A DNA stretch of 64,000 nt from Camelus ferus (GCF_009834535.1 NC_045697.1:15688001-15752000), one strand, 5' to 3'. Positions 40,465 to 52,044 are shown, counted from the stretch's first letter. Program-made: numbers and translations. The notes: generated by a model not told the origin, from the sequence alone.

Positions 40465-40940
40465 GTATTAGTCAAAACTATTTCAGCTGAAAGTGACAGA
40501 AACACAACTCCAACTAGTTTAAACACCAGAAGAAATATATTGACTCATATAAATAGAAAGTTGCTTCAGGCATAGCTGGATCTTGAAGCTGAAGCAACGT
40601 CCCCAGGCTTCCCTTTCCATCTCTTAGTACTTTGTTGGCTTTGTTCTCTGGCAAGAATTCCTCTGCCCGTAATTGGAGAGCCACTAGCAGCTTCATCTTT
40701 ATGTTGCTTTCACATTGCAAAACCCCAGCAAAAAATAAAATCAATAACAAAGCAAAAACAACAGCCTCCCCACCCCCGCCCCAGTATTCCCAGTGAGAGA
40801 GATGACTGGCCCACCTTGTATCACACATCCCTGAAGGAAGGGTGGCGGCAATGAAGTCCTCTGACTGGCCTGACCTAGATTGAAAATACACCTTCTAGAA
40901 CAGGTGTAGGATTGGCTGAGTTCTCCAAACACATTCTTCA
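40465..40940 (-). mobile_element. Old MaLR LTR (MLT1K-like)
   Basis: tgtattagtcaaaactatttcagctgaaagtgacagaaacacaactc...gcttcagggcatagctggatc. Confidence 0.6.
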
Positions 40941-40986
40941 CAGTAGAAAGGACTGTCCACCAATGTTATCTTTACACCTCGTAATA

Positions 40987-41341
40987 CAGTCCTCCCTCAG
41001 TATCCAAGGGGAATTGGTTCCATTGGTTCTAAGACCCCCATGTCATACCAAAATCTGAGACACTCAAGCTCCTTATGTAAAATGGTGTAATATTTGCATA
41101 TAACCTGAGCACACCCTCCTATATACTTTAAATAATCTCTAGATTACTTACTATAACTAATACAGTATGATTGATATATAAATAGTTATTAATACAACAT
41201 AAATGGTATGTTGTACCAAAAAGAATTGCCAAAAATTCAAGTTTTGCTTTTTGGAACTTTCTGGACTTTTTTTTCAAATAGTTTTGGTCCATGTTCAACC
41301 AAATCTGTGGATGCAAAACCGTGGTTATGGAGTGCCAGCTG
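40987..41341. mobile_element. Tigger-derived MITE (MER2)
   Basis: ta-cagtcctccctcagtatcc...taccaaaatc...gtaatatttgcatataacct...cctcctatatactttaaataatctctagattactta...tgtggatgcaaaacc. Confidence 0.85.
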
Positions 41342-41642
41342 TGTATTACAGAGACAAAGGGATAGGAAGAAAAAGTCACAAAATGTTAATCATGGTTATC
41401 TCTAGGATGGTAGGCTTACATGTGCATGTTAGTGCCTTCTTTACATTTTTCTTTATAGTGTTATTTTACATTTTAATAAATGTATATGAATTATTAGTAT
41501 AATTTTTAAATTATTTTTTTAAAAGAACTTACTCATTATATCAAATAAATGAATGAATACTATTACTGAGTCTACTGTGCCCGCAAAGCACTCTTCTGAG
41601 CGCTACAAATTAAATAAATAAAATAGGCTGAGTCACTACCTT

Positions 41643-42260
41643 TGAAACCAAAGGTCATCATCAGTTACATCCATTAAACTATAACGTGTAATAAACAATA
41701 CACTGTAACCTGCCTTTACTGATCAAACTTACTTTGTTTTTTTTACAAAACTTGCGTATCTTCCAAGCGTCAAGTAGCCTAAACAATAAGACGTTTGCCC
41801 AACTTATTTTTTCAGAAACTTGGCGTCAGCCGCGTGCAGCACAAGCTCCCGAGCCAGTTAAGACTGGTTAGGACCACTGACCCTCCAGCTGGGCATGCGC
41901 GCGTCTTCGCGGCTCCGTCCCCTTTTGACGTCAGAAGCGCCAAAGCTCCGCCCTCAGAAGGCGCGAAAGCCACCGTTTTCCGAATGCGAGTCCCACGGAG
42001 AAGCACGCAGCTTAGCTGCACCTGCACGGAGTGGTGGGCTGCTCAGCTTTTTCTTAACTCTTATCACCTTTCCCCTCCTCCGCACACTTCTCCTTATCCT
42101 GAAAATACCTGAGACTCTCTCGCCTTCGGGAAGGAGGATTTGAGACGTGCTTTCTGTTTTCTCGGCTGGCCGCCGCCTGCACGAACCGTTTGCTCTGCTG
42201 CGAACGTTGGCGTCTCAGCGTTTGGCTGCTGAATGATGGGCAAAAGGAACTTCGCTAACA
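41643..42260 (+). mobile_element. Solo ERV1-type LTR, CpG-rich
   Basis: Begins TGAAACC and ends TAACA, with a perfect 4-bp TSD CCTT (41639-41642 / 42261-42264). Its 3' part (gatttgag...ctcggctgg...tctgctgc...gtctcagcgtttggct...gggcaaa) is typical of ERV1 R/U5. Confidence 0.8.
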
Positions 42261-42961
42261 CCTTCAAGGTATTTGCTGTCAGAGCGGGAGGAAAGCCACA
42301 TACTCATTTAATTAATTACTGTTGTAAAGGTCCTTAAATTCCTTCAGCAAAGGATAGCTGCTATTTAAAAGTTACCAGGTACTAGTAAGTCACTGCTTAT
42401 AGCCAAATTTCTCTCTTCTGTAACAGCGAGATCAAAGGTTTATATATAAAAAACATAATCATGAAATTGTCTTAAAATTATATTTATATGCATACATAAT
42501 CATAGATGTATATGTGTGTGTACACATACATACCATATCAAGACACCTCAAATTGATAAATTTTCTCATAAAATTATAAGTTCTGCCTGAACAAATACCA
42601 TAAAAAAATCAAAAGTCAAGTTGCTAAAATACTTTGCAACATATGGTAGAGGAATAATTTATTTATTATATTGAAAAAACATAAATCAGTGAGAAACCCT
42701 TCAACTACTTAAGAAAAACAGGCGAAATATATGAATAGCAAGCTCACAGAAAGAAAAAAGGTGCGCAATGTGAGAGGATATTCAGCCTTACAAATAACTA
42801 AAGAAATGCAAGCAAACAAACCAACCCACCAACAAAAACTGAAATACTAGTTTTCACCCATCAAATTGGAAAAAGTTAAAGTTACGTAAGATTTGGTGAC
42901 TTGCAGGTGTAAAGTCAACATTTCTCCTACATGGTTGGAGGCAATACAAATAAGATACAAC

Positions 42962-43225
42962 TTTTTTTTTTTTTTTGCCCTTGTCCTCCCAGCGTATTGA
43001 TATATAATTGACACATAACATTGTTTAAGGTGTCCACATGTTGATTTGATACATTTTTAAATGGTGAAATGATTGTTACTATAGTATTAACTACCACCTC
43101 CACCTTGTCATATTGTTACCATTTCTTTTCTTTTTCTTAGTGAGAACGTTAAAGATTTACTCACTTAGCAATTTTCAAGGGCACAATACATTAGTATTAG
43201 TTATAATCATCATACTCTAAATTAG
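42962..43225 (-). mobile_element. LINE-1 3' tail insertion within an older L1 fragment
   Basis: Poly-T head then tataattgacacataacattg...aagatttactcacttagcaattttcaa. Flanked by direct repeat agatacaacttttt. Confidence 0.8.
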
Positions 43226-44269
43226 AGATACAACTTTTTTGGTGCTTTTTTTTTTTGTAATGGCAAAAAAGTGGAAATAACATGTCTATTAGCAAGTTGA
43301 GTAAAAAGAGAATGGGTTCAATAAATGGTAGTAAACTAAAAATGGGGTGAGGCACTTCACCTCAAGCGAAGATTTGAGAAAAGTGTAAAAGGATCTCTGT
43401 GTGCGCATCTGTGATCTCCTAGTTAAGTGAAAAGTGAGAGATTGTTGATCTCCATTTCTGTAAATAGTGTGTATGTATGCATGTATGTGTATCTGTACCG
43501 TGAATACATGCGGTATTTCTAGAAGGATATGAAGGATCTGTTAATAATAGTTAACCTTACCTCTGGGAGAAGGACTGGTGGTGAGCAGACTTACATTTCA
43601 TCGTGTACCTGTTTTCATTATTTGATTAAAATTCTGTACCTGTATTTACTTTTGAATAAAAAGCCAAAACAGTTTTTAAAATAGACTGAGAGCAAAAATT
43701 GTAAATATATTTTTCAACTTTTTGCTATCAGTAGACAGCAAATCAAATCATCAGATTATGTCCTATTTGTTCTTGAAGGAATCCTCTTAATTTTGTAAGT
43801 GTAAAAAATATGACTATGTAAGTGTAAAAACTATAAAGTAAGCAGGTACTCATTGCCCTAAGGGAGGCCTTTTTCTTTCTTTCTTTTTTTTTTTTATGTG
43901 TTGACCAAAATGGCTCTTTTTAATATTCCTTCAAATATAGATCAAGTCACTGAGGAGAAAGGTGAGTAAATCTGCATGGGGACAAAAGAGATTTCAGGGA
44001 ACAAAGGGATGGCGGCTCTGAAGATCAGGACTCTTCCAGGGCTAGTGGCTTTTTGTCACTGATGGACTTACGTAGTCTTGAGGGAATTCTGTTGTAAGTA
44101 ATCTTTAGCTTAACTCGGGGACTGAGGCCTGCCTGCAGAAGACTCCTGCAGCTGGAAAGAAAAATGGAACCTTTGGGGAAATTTCAAAGACCAATTTGGC
44201 AGGGACTCAAATGGAGGGGAACAGTGCCAACCAATGAGACAGGTGAGGGAGGGAAAGGTAAGATCTGGC

Positions 44270-45000
44270 AGGGGCTGTGGCTTTGTCCATTGAGAGTGTT
44301 GTTTTTCACCTTAGTAACAGTTGGAAGCCATTGAAGGGTTTAAAGCAGAGGAAAGACACAGTACAAGTTGTAGTTTTATATGCTGCTTTTGGCTCCTACA
44401 CCTCGTGGAGTGGAGGACTGAAGAAGAAGAGATTCTGGGAAATAATTAGGTGTCTATAGCCAGTGATGAGAGATTATTCCAGTAGCTTAAGCCAAGAATG
44501 TGGGATGGAGATAAAGAGAAGTGGGTATATATGAATGATAGAGTATTTAAGAAAACCACAGAGCTCATTTTTGTGTTTGTTTGATTGGGGACATGAGGGA
44601 GAGGGGGGATGTCAGCAATGCCTCCCAGGTTTTGCTTTGCCTGAGGGCATCAGGGTGCCATTCACCAAGACAGGGAAGCCTGGAGGAGGAGCAGCTTGCA
44701 GGAGAGGATCATGAGTGCTATTGGGACATGCTGAGACAGGTTTATTTTAAGCATTCAAGTGGTGCTGTTGAATGTGCACTGTTACAGTCAGGTTTTCAAC
44801 ACGGGCTGGAGACTAATTTTTTTTTTTTTAAGTCAGAGCATATAAATTGTACTTGAAAAATAAATGAGGATGAAATTTCCTAAGTGGAAAAGTTAGAGTG
44901 AGAAAAGAATAAATGAGCTAACATCTGTCCTAAAGAAAGTCAACTTTTAAACATTGGGAGAGGAGAAGGCAGTAGCGGAGAAGGAATAAGAGAAGGAGTG
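44270..45000. mobile_element. L2 LINE fragments
   Basis: ggaagccattgaagggttttaaagcagagg...gtgccattcaccaagacaggg...aagcattcaagtgg. Confidence 0.6.
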
Positions 45001-45016
45001 GGAAGCAAGAAAGTAG

Positions 45017-45466
45017 TGTCTACTGAAAGAAAAAAAGCACAACCTTAAAGTTGAGAATTATACTTTATTTGGGGGCATTACTGAGAACTATAACCCGGGA
45101 AGGCATTCTCTCAGATAGCTCTGAGGGAGTGTTCCAAAGAGGTAGGGGAGGAGCCAGGATATATAGGAGTTTTGCTGGGAAAACAAACGGATATGTAGTT
45201 AAACACTGAAGATTACTGCTAATCATTAAACAGCTATTAAGTTCATGAATTTAGGGCTTTTCTGTATATGGGAAGATGCAAGAGTCTGGGCTCTTTGAGA
45301 TTATTCCTTGATATGCATCTTAACTATCTAAGTCCGATCCTGGTTTTCACCATCCTGAATGCCCCTCAGGGCACACCGTAGTGGGGTGGCTGCAGTGGCT
45401 GATGGCTTGATGGCTGCTGTAACATCCTTTGTTTACCGAAGTGGCAGGTGACATTCTTTGACCACA
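45017..45466 (-). mobile_element. Solo ERV1 LTR (MER41-like cetartiodactyl family)
   Basis: TG...CA termini, near-perfect TSD gtag/gtaa, reverse poly(A) signal (tttatt ~45064) and reverse TATA (ggatatatagg). Family name from memory. Confidence 0.75.
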
Positions 45467-46167
45467 GTAAAATAAAGCCCCAGTGGGCCATTTCAGAAAC
45501 TAATAATGCAATAATAAGTGACTGGTGATTAAATCCACATGATCATTTAATTTCTTCTTGTCCTCCGAAGTTAATGAGATCATTTAGTGACAAATAAGAT
45601 TTGAAGAAAACTTATCAAGAACAGTATCTACTATTTTAAATTAACCTTCTTAAATTGCCTTCCAGAACACCGAAGGAAAAAAGACTAAAAGCACAAAGTC
45701 ACCTGTCCTACACAACACACCCAGCAGCACTCCATCCTCCACTCCCAGCCCCTCCACTGAGCTAAGAGAATTGCCATTGGTGGCACAGCTTTTCATGAGA
45801 TTGCCCTGAGTTTTAACTAATGACTATGGAAATTCCAGCTGACTTCTTTTCAGCTGTTGAAAGAATCAAGGGAATGCTTATTTTCTATTCTTTGTGTCTC
45901 TACTCAGTTTTTAGGAGACAGAGCTAAAAATTCCATGCCAGATGGTGTCTCTAAGGATTCTGTTGTCATCAAGTCAAAGTGGAAGAATCCTTTATCAATC
46001 AATCATTGAATTGGGGCCATCTTTTGCCAGTTTATGTCTTTCAAAGATAAATGTCTAGTCCAGTCCTTTACATAGTCTCCAGCAAAAATTTGCCCTTTGG
46101 GCAAAAATAGGTAAAACAATTAGGGCTGACTTCCAGAGGGAGTTTTTCTTTGTCTTCAGCACTCTAG

Positions 46168-46500
46168 AGCAGAGGTCAGCCAACGTTTTCTGTAAGGGCC
46201 AGATGGTGAGTATTTCAGCCTGTGCTAGTCTGTTACAACTACTATGGTGACAGTAGTGATAAATAATAATAATAATAATTATATAATAATATAAATAATA
46301 ATAATAATAATAATACATAATTAAAGAGCACCACTGTCTTCCAATTAAACTTTATTTGTGGATGCTGAAATTGGAATTTCATGTAATTTTCATGTGTCAT
46401 GAAGTGTTAGTTTTCTTTTTTTCCACCCATTTAAAAATGCAAAAACCATCTTAGCTTATGGGCCTTATAAAAGTAGATGGTGGGTTTGACCTGTGCTCTA
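46168..46500. mobile_element. MER58B-like hAT MITE with internal (AAT)n expansion
   Basis: gcagaggtcagccaacgttttctgtaagggccagatggtgagtattt...; AAT-rich run 46258-46322; then atgtaattttcatgtgtcatgaa...aaaaccatcttagct. Confidence 0.75.
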
Positions 46501-47673
46501 GATGAGGACCATTGCAGCAGGACTTGACCTGAAACATCACCACCTCCTTCCCTCCTCGTAATAATTAATTCAGGAAATTCAACTCCAGTTGTTGGAAATG
46601 AAAATGTTAAACTCTGGGGACAAAAAAGAAAAAAAAAAGGCAAGTATTGGAGTCTAGTTCTTCCAACATTCTTATTTAAGGCAGTCTTAGTAGTCTGTAA
46701 AATCCGGGGAAGGCCATTTGCTTGGGGTTGATAAGACATAGTGGTGACAGGTCAGATAAGGCTCCCAACTACAAATTCTCACCACTCAAGCTGAGGTTGA
46801 ATCAGAACTATTGTCAGTAAGGATGGTGTCTGTCAATCTGTGTCTTGCAAAAAGTAGCTGATTGTTGCAGCAGATGTTTGAAATGTAATTATAAGCGCTT
46901 AGAGCCATTTTGGAATGGAGTCTAACCCCAGAAGTTCTTTTGGTATCAGCCTGCAAAATCAACATGAATTCTTGAAGTGCATTTTGAATGCTTCTGGAGC
47001 CGTTAACCTGAAGGGACCTTGGGCAAATATAAGGTCAAGTAGGCCAGAATGTGGTGCCCCTTTTTTTATAGTCTTTCTATTGTCTGTACTTGTTCCAGGC
47101 TACCTGACATAAATTTAAGCAAGAAGGTCATGCAAATTCCTTCTGAACATTTTACACCCAAAATGATCTGATGACCCCTTTTCAGAAAATCAGTATTATT
47201 TCTCTATAAAATTCATCCTTTATGTAAAAATAACTCATACTGATGGCTTGAGGTCAAGTCTTTATTTCCTATCCCCACTCTTTACCTTATTTGAGATATA
47301 GACTGAAGTGGGATCTTCTACAAAAGTGATTCTGAAATAGGATCAGCCAAAAGACAAACATTTAGAGGCCTTCAGACTTTGATGACAAGGGCATGATAAA
47401 AAAAATCTATAATTTCTAGGCTTTCTAAGAAAATTTCTCAAAATGGAACCTCAGACTAGTAGCCGAACTCCTGAAGCTAAACAAAACTCCTTGGTGGACA
47501 ACATGCTAAGAGAGCTGCTTCCCAAGAAAACTTCCTTAACCACGTGGACTTCCCCTTGCTCAGCCCTCTTTAGAGGCCAAAACTCTGTTTAGGGAATTGA
47601 AGGCATAGTAGCTGCTAGCTGTGGAAGCTGAAAAGGCTAATTGGAAACAGGATGGATTTTTATCCATTCAAAT

Positions 47674-48262
47674 TGATACAGGAAAATGGGGCATGAGAGG
47701 ATGGCCATGTCCCAGGCCCCACCGAGTCCCTGGGATGCACCCCATCAAGCGAGGGGCCTTGGCTTCGTGCAGGAAAGAATTCAAGAGTGAGCCATAGTAG
47801 AGTGAAGGTAGATTTGTTCAGAGATACGTACTTCATAGAGTGCAGGCCACCTCAGAAGGCAAGAGACGGTGACATAGGGGCCCAAGATATACTCAATATA
47901 CACATTCCTTTGGCAGGATGCAGGCCATCTTACTCAGAAGGGAGAGCAGCCGCAAGATGCGGGGTTGTTAGTTTTTATTGGTTTGGTAACTTCATATGCT
48001 AACAAGTGGAAAGATTATTCCAACTACTTTGGGGAAGGGGCTGAGATACCCAGGAATTGGGTCACCACCATTTTTTTACCTTTTATGGTCACCCTCAGAA
48101 CTGCCATGGTGCCTCTGGGTGTGTCATTTCCCATGCTAATGTATTACAGTGAGCGTTTAATGAAGCTCAAGGTCTACTGGGAGTTGAATATTCTGCCATC
48201 TTGGTGCTAATTGCTGTGTCATTGTTTCAGTGGTGTGCCCTGCCTCCTTCAATTCTGTCTCA
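47674..48262 (-). mobile_element. Solo ERV1-type LTR
   Basis: TGATAC...TCTCA termini with perfect 4-bp TSD AAAT (47670-47673 / 48263-48266). Contains gcaggaaagaattcaagagtgagcca, typical of reverse ERV1 U5. Confidence 0.82.
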
Positions 48263-48982
48263 AAATAAGCTTTAGGGACACAGGCTTGGTCTCTTTTCGT
48301 CCCTCACCTGAACTTTCTTCCATAGCCACGGTGAGATTACACAGCATGGCCAAGGAAATCTTAACAGTCTCCTGCACAAATGGTGATGAGATTGCATCAG
48401 CCCTCACATTGAGCAGATCATCTCAACTTGCACCATCCACCAGAAACACAAATTTGGTAAACATGTAAAGGAGAGGCAAAGATGAGAGCCAGCGCCCTCT
48501 GGCAAGTTTCTCCTTTGGTAAATGGATTGTATTCAATTCTCAAAGTTTCACAGATAGGAATATATTCTAAACCACAGTCTGCATGTTTTCGGGGTGGCTA
48601 GAAGTTTTCTCCTGCAAACAGGGTATTACCACCACTGCAGCTAGGTGTTACCACTTGGTCATTCTCTTCTCCTTGGAGAGTCTCCTCTCTAGCAGTAGAG
48701 ACACTCAGTTCACTGGCAAGTTTTTCAGGAAATTCAACAAATAATTCCACTCTCACAAAAATTGTACTCACCTTATCATTCTCAATCCTTTAGAAAAACA
48801 AAATATGCCAATTAGTCAAATTAATCAAATTCCCGGAGGACCTCAAATTGCCTTGGCTCCTTTAGCCTGATAATCATTTGCTCTTCCCCTGCAGGTACTT
48901 GTGAAATAATTACAGTAGGCCAGTGAAGATCTCTTACCCATCCTGGACCTTGGGAGACTCTTATCAGATTCAATCCAACATA

Positions 48983-49200
48983 CCATTGACCCTTGAACAA
49001 CACAGGTTTGAGCTGTGAAGGACCACTTAAACGTGAAACAAATTTTTTTCAGTGAATACCTAGATTTCAGTACTACATGGTTGGTTGAATCCATGGATGT
49101 GAAACGTTGATATGGAGAGCTGACTGTAAAGTTATATGGGGGTTTTTGACTGCATGGAGGGTCGATGCCCTTAATTCCCACATTGTTCAAGGGTCAACTG
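48983..49200. mobile_element. Tigger2-derived MITE (MER8-like)
   Basis: TIRs ttgacccttgaacaa / ttgttcaagggtcaactg, TA-flanked. Confidence 0.85.
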
Positions 49201-49242
49201 TACTTAAATACTGCCAAGGTCTTATTAAATACCCTCATAGTT

Positions 49243-49403
49243 GGGGGAGGGTATAGCTCAGTGGTAGAGTGCATGCCCAGTATGCACGAGGTCCTGGATT
49301 CAATCCCCAGTACTGTCATTAAAAGTAAATAAATAAGTACCCTAATTACTCCTCCCCTCAAATTAAAATAAATAAATAAGTAACTTAAAAAAAATAGAAG
49401 AAA
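49243..49403 (+). mobile_element. tRNA-derived SINE (Vic-1-like, long tail)
   Basis: A and B boxes, cctaattactcctcccc tail, 16-bp TSD aaatac(c/a)ctcata(g/c)tt. Confidence 0.9.
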
Positions 49404-50289
49404 AAATACACTCATACTTTTCACCAGCAGATCAATACTGTCTTTCCCCCAGACATCCCACCCCAGCCCTTATATGACCTTCAGGTTGGAAATCTAGTCT
49501 TCTAGAAAGGATAGCCCTGACAGATTGATTCTGAATGACTGATTCTGAATCCAGATGGAAGGGACCCAGCTTTGTTCTCCTAGTTACCAGTGCTGCTGCA
49601 AAACTACAAGATGTACAACCTTGGGTTCATGTTGCACAATTAAAGTATGTAAGCCTTTTATCAGAGATAAATGTAGTGCTGTGTTTTTCTTACAGCTGAT
49701 CCTGAAAAGGTAGAGTTGTGAAGCTTGGAGATGTCGAAAGAAGCATTAACTGTTTGGGGAATTAAGCTTCAGTTAGTGCCTGCTGAGAAGTTGAGGTTGA
49801 TGATGTGGGGGTGGATGAAATGCCAATATGGATCATTAAGGGAAAAGTCTCCCTGGGATGTGTTGAGGGGAATGACAATTGGGTGTCCATCTTGTGATCA
49901 GGTGAGGGGTGGGTCTAGCGTGTATGAGTAGTTTGGAAAAAACCTAGCAAATTGAACAAGGGAGTTCGTCCTTCCTGCAGTGAGGATGCGAAGGAGGGAA
50001 AGGGCAGAAAAAAGAGGGGCAAAGTCATTATAAGGTGTTGGATAAGGGAGCAGTTGGATCAGAGGCTGATGGAAAGGAAGAAATAATATGACAGAGCAAA
50101 CAAAGCAAAAAGAAGACAGATTACGCAGAGAGATCCTGGAGGATCTTGTTCTAGCCTTGGGTAGAAACTGACCCTTTTGTGATGCCTGTTCTGTGGGTCT
50201 TGGGAAAGCATTCTACTTGGTACTGTTGCCTGCTTCATGGGGCTCTTGAAAGAACCTCAGTTTCAAGTCTTATGTTAGAGTGGATTTCT

Positions 50290-50418
50290 TGTTTGTTTTC
50301 TGAGGGGGAAGTAATTAGGTTTCTTCATTGATTTCCGCTTGGAAGAGGTACCAGGGATTGAACCTGGGACCTCTTGGGTACTGAGCATGGGCTCTACCAC
50401 TTAAGCTATACTTTTCCC
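50290..50418 (-). mobile_element. tRNA-derived SINE (Vic-1-like, long tail)
   Basis: Reverse A/B boxes and gggggaagtaattaggttt tail, 17-bp TSD tgttagagtgg(a/g)tttct. Confidence 0.88.
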
Positions 50419-50435
50419 TGTTAGAGTGGGTTTCT

Positions 50436-51290
50436 ATGGAGAGTAAGGATATCATTTTTTCCTCCAACTCTTTTCACCTAGCCTTACAAACCTTAAATCT
50501 AAGCAAGACTCTGCCTTCTGGAGAGAGACATCCATGGTTAACTCCAGATATAATTCCTACAGCCCCAAACTACCTGTCTTCCCCCAATCCCTACCACAGG
50601 TTATTACTATTTATTGTCATCAATAAGCCTCCATCTTCCTGCCTACACCCATTTTCCCTTGGTCTCTGGAGACCTTATATGGGCCTTCCTCTTACTGAAA
50701 ATCACTTGCCCACCTGTTGACCATGTGTCCTCCTGGAGACTTAAATAATTACTTCCAAATGAGGGCAATTACAGGATATTAAGGAAAACTAGGGGAAGTC
50801 ATCAATTAATTCTCTCTTTATGTGTGCTCTGAGGGTCATTATATACCCACTATGAGAATTACATAATTTGAAAAGGTGGTTAGAAATCTCTCTGTAACCC
50901 ATAAAGAAGTAAATAAATGATATAATTTCTGCCTTAGAAGCACAGCAAATAAGCTTAAACTCACTGACCAGTGTTGTTATGACAATCACATAGGTCTTGA
51001 CTTCCTCCCAACTGGTTTGGGAGGTATCTGCATCATAGCCAATACTTCTTGCTGCACCTGGGTTAACATCACAGACCAAGTAGTGTAGTCAATCACTAAA
51101 CTCAATGATAAGCCTGCTTGGCTCTTTAAGGTTGATCCAAATGGCCTATGGGACATGATCTCCTGGTTAGGAAATGGAAAGATAGGATCTTGGCTTTGAA
51201 ATATGTTGCAAAGATTACCAACCCCTGTGCTTTTAATCTTATGCCTTGTAGTGGGGCAATGCATCTTGTCCAGAGTCCTAAATACTATCA
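50436..51290 (+). pseudogene. Decayed endogenous retrovirus env (gamma-type TM subunit plus SU remnants)
   Basis: Across frameshifts it reads EKVVRNLS..ALEAQQISLNSLTSVV/(M)DNHIGLDFLPTGLGGICIIANTSCCTWVNITDQVV*SITKLNDKPAWL. This gives a heptad repeat, an immunosuppressive-domain-like segment and a CX6CC motif (51029-51055). Confidence 0.88.
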
Positions 51291-51550
51291 TGCAGCCATC
51301 ATCTTGAAATATGATTCAACAATGTGTCATGATCCATCAGACTTAAGAACAGCTCAGCTTAACAACAGACTTAACAACATGTGTTAGAGTGTATGTCCAT
51401 GCAAAAGCTGAATTTGAGTTGATAGCTTCACATACCAAGATCGAATTTGGACTGACAATGGTGTAAATCTGGACATTCTCCATCTTCTTGTTTCCAGATG
51501 TAATTATTTAAGGACAACCTATGGTTGTCTTCAACAAGAGGGAAAGGAAG

Positions 51551-52044
51551 TATGACAAGGCCAAACACACAGCTTTTCCCCATTGCCTAAACCTGCTAAC
51601 AAGGCCAGACACAGACCCTTCCCCTTTTGCCCCTCACTAACTTCACATTCTTTGTCTCATGAGTGATTAGCTAAGATTAAAAATACATGGGGAAGAGTAT
51701 GGCTCAAATGGCAGTGTGTGCTTAGCATGCACAAGGTCCTGGGTTCAATACCCAGTACCTCCATTTAAAAAAATTAATTAATAAAAAAAATTAAAACAAA
51801 AACATGTCCTCTGAAACTAGCTAGACACAGAGATAAACATTTCCCTGTTCAGCTGACCGACTTCCCTTTAGTGCAGAACAACTCCAACTGTAAATCACCC
51901 ATCTGTAACTTGTCTACTACTCCCTTTAAAAGTCTAGGGCAAAACCGCCCCGATAAGAAACTCTGATCTTCAGATCTGAATGTTCTCCCTATTTCAATAG
52001 TATGAATGAAATTAATCTTGCTGGTCCAGTTTTTATCTTTGACA
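51551..52044 (+). mobile_element. 3' LTR of the env-bearing ERV remnant
   Basis: Follows polypurine tract aagagggaaaggaag (51536-51550) and ends ttttatctttgaca. Interrupted by a SINE. Confidence 0.72.
51689..51800 (+). mobile_element. tRNA-derived SINE (Vic-1-like) nested in the LTR
   Basis: ggggaagagtatggctcaaatgg...gtcctgggttcaatacccagtacctcca + A-rich tail, flanked by aaaaatacatg / aaaaacatg. Confidence 0.85.
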
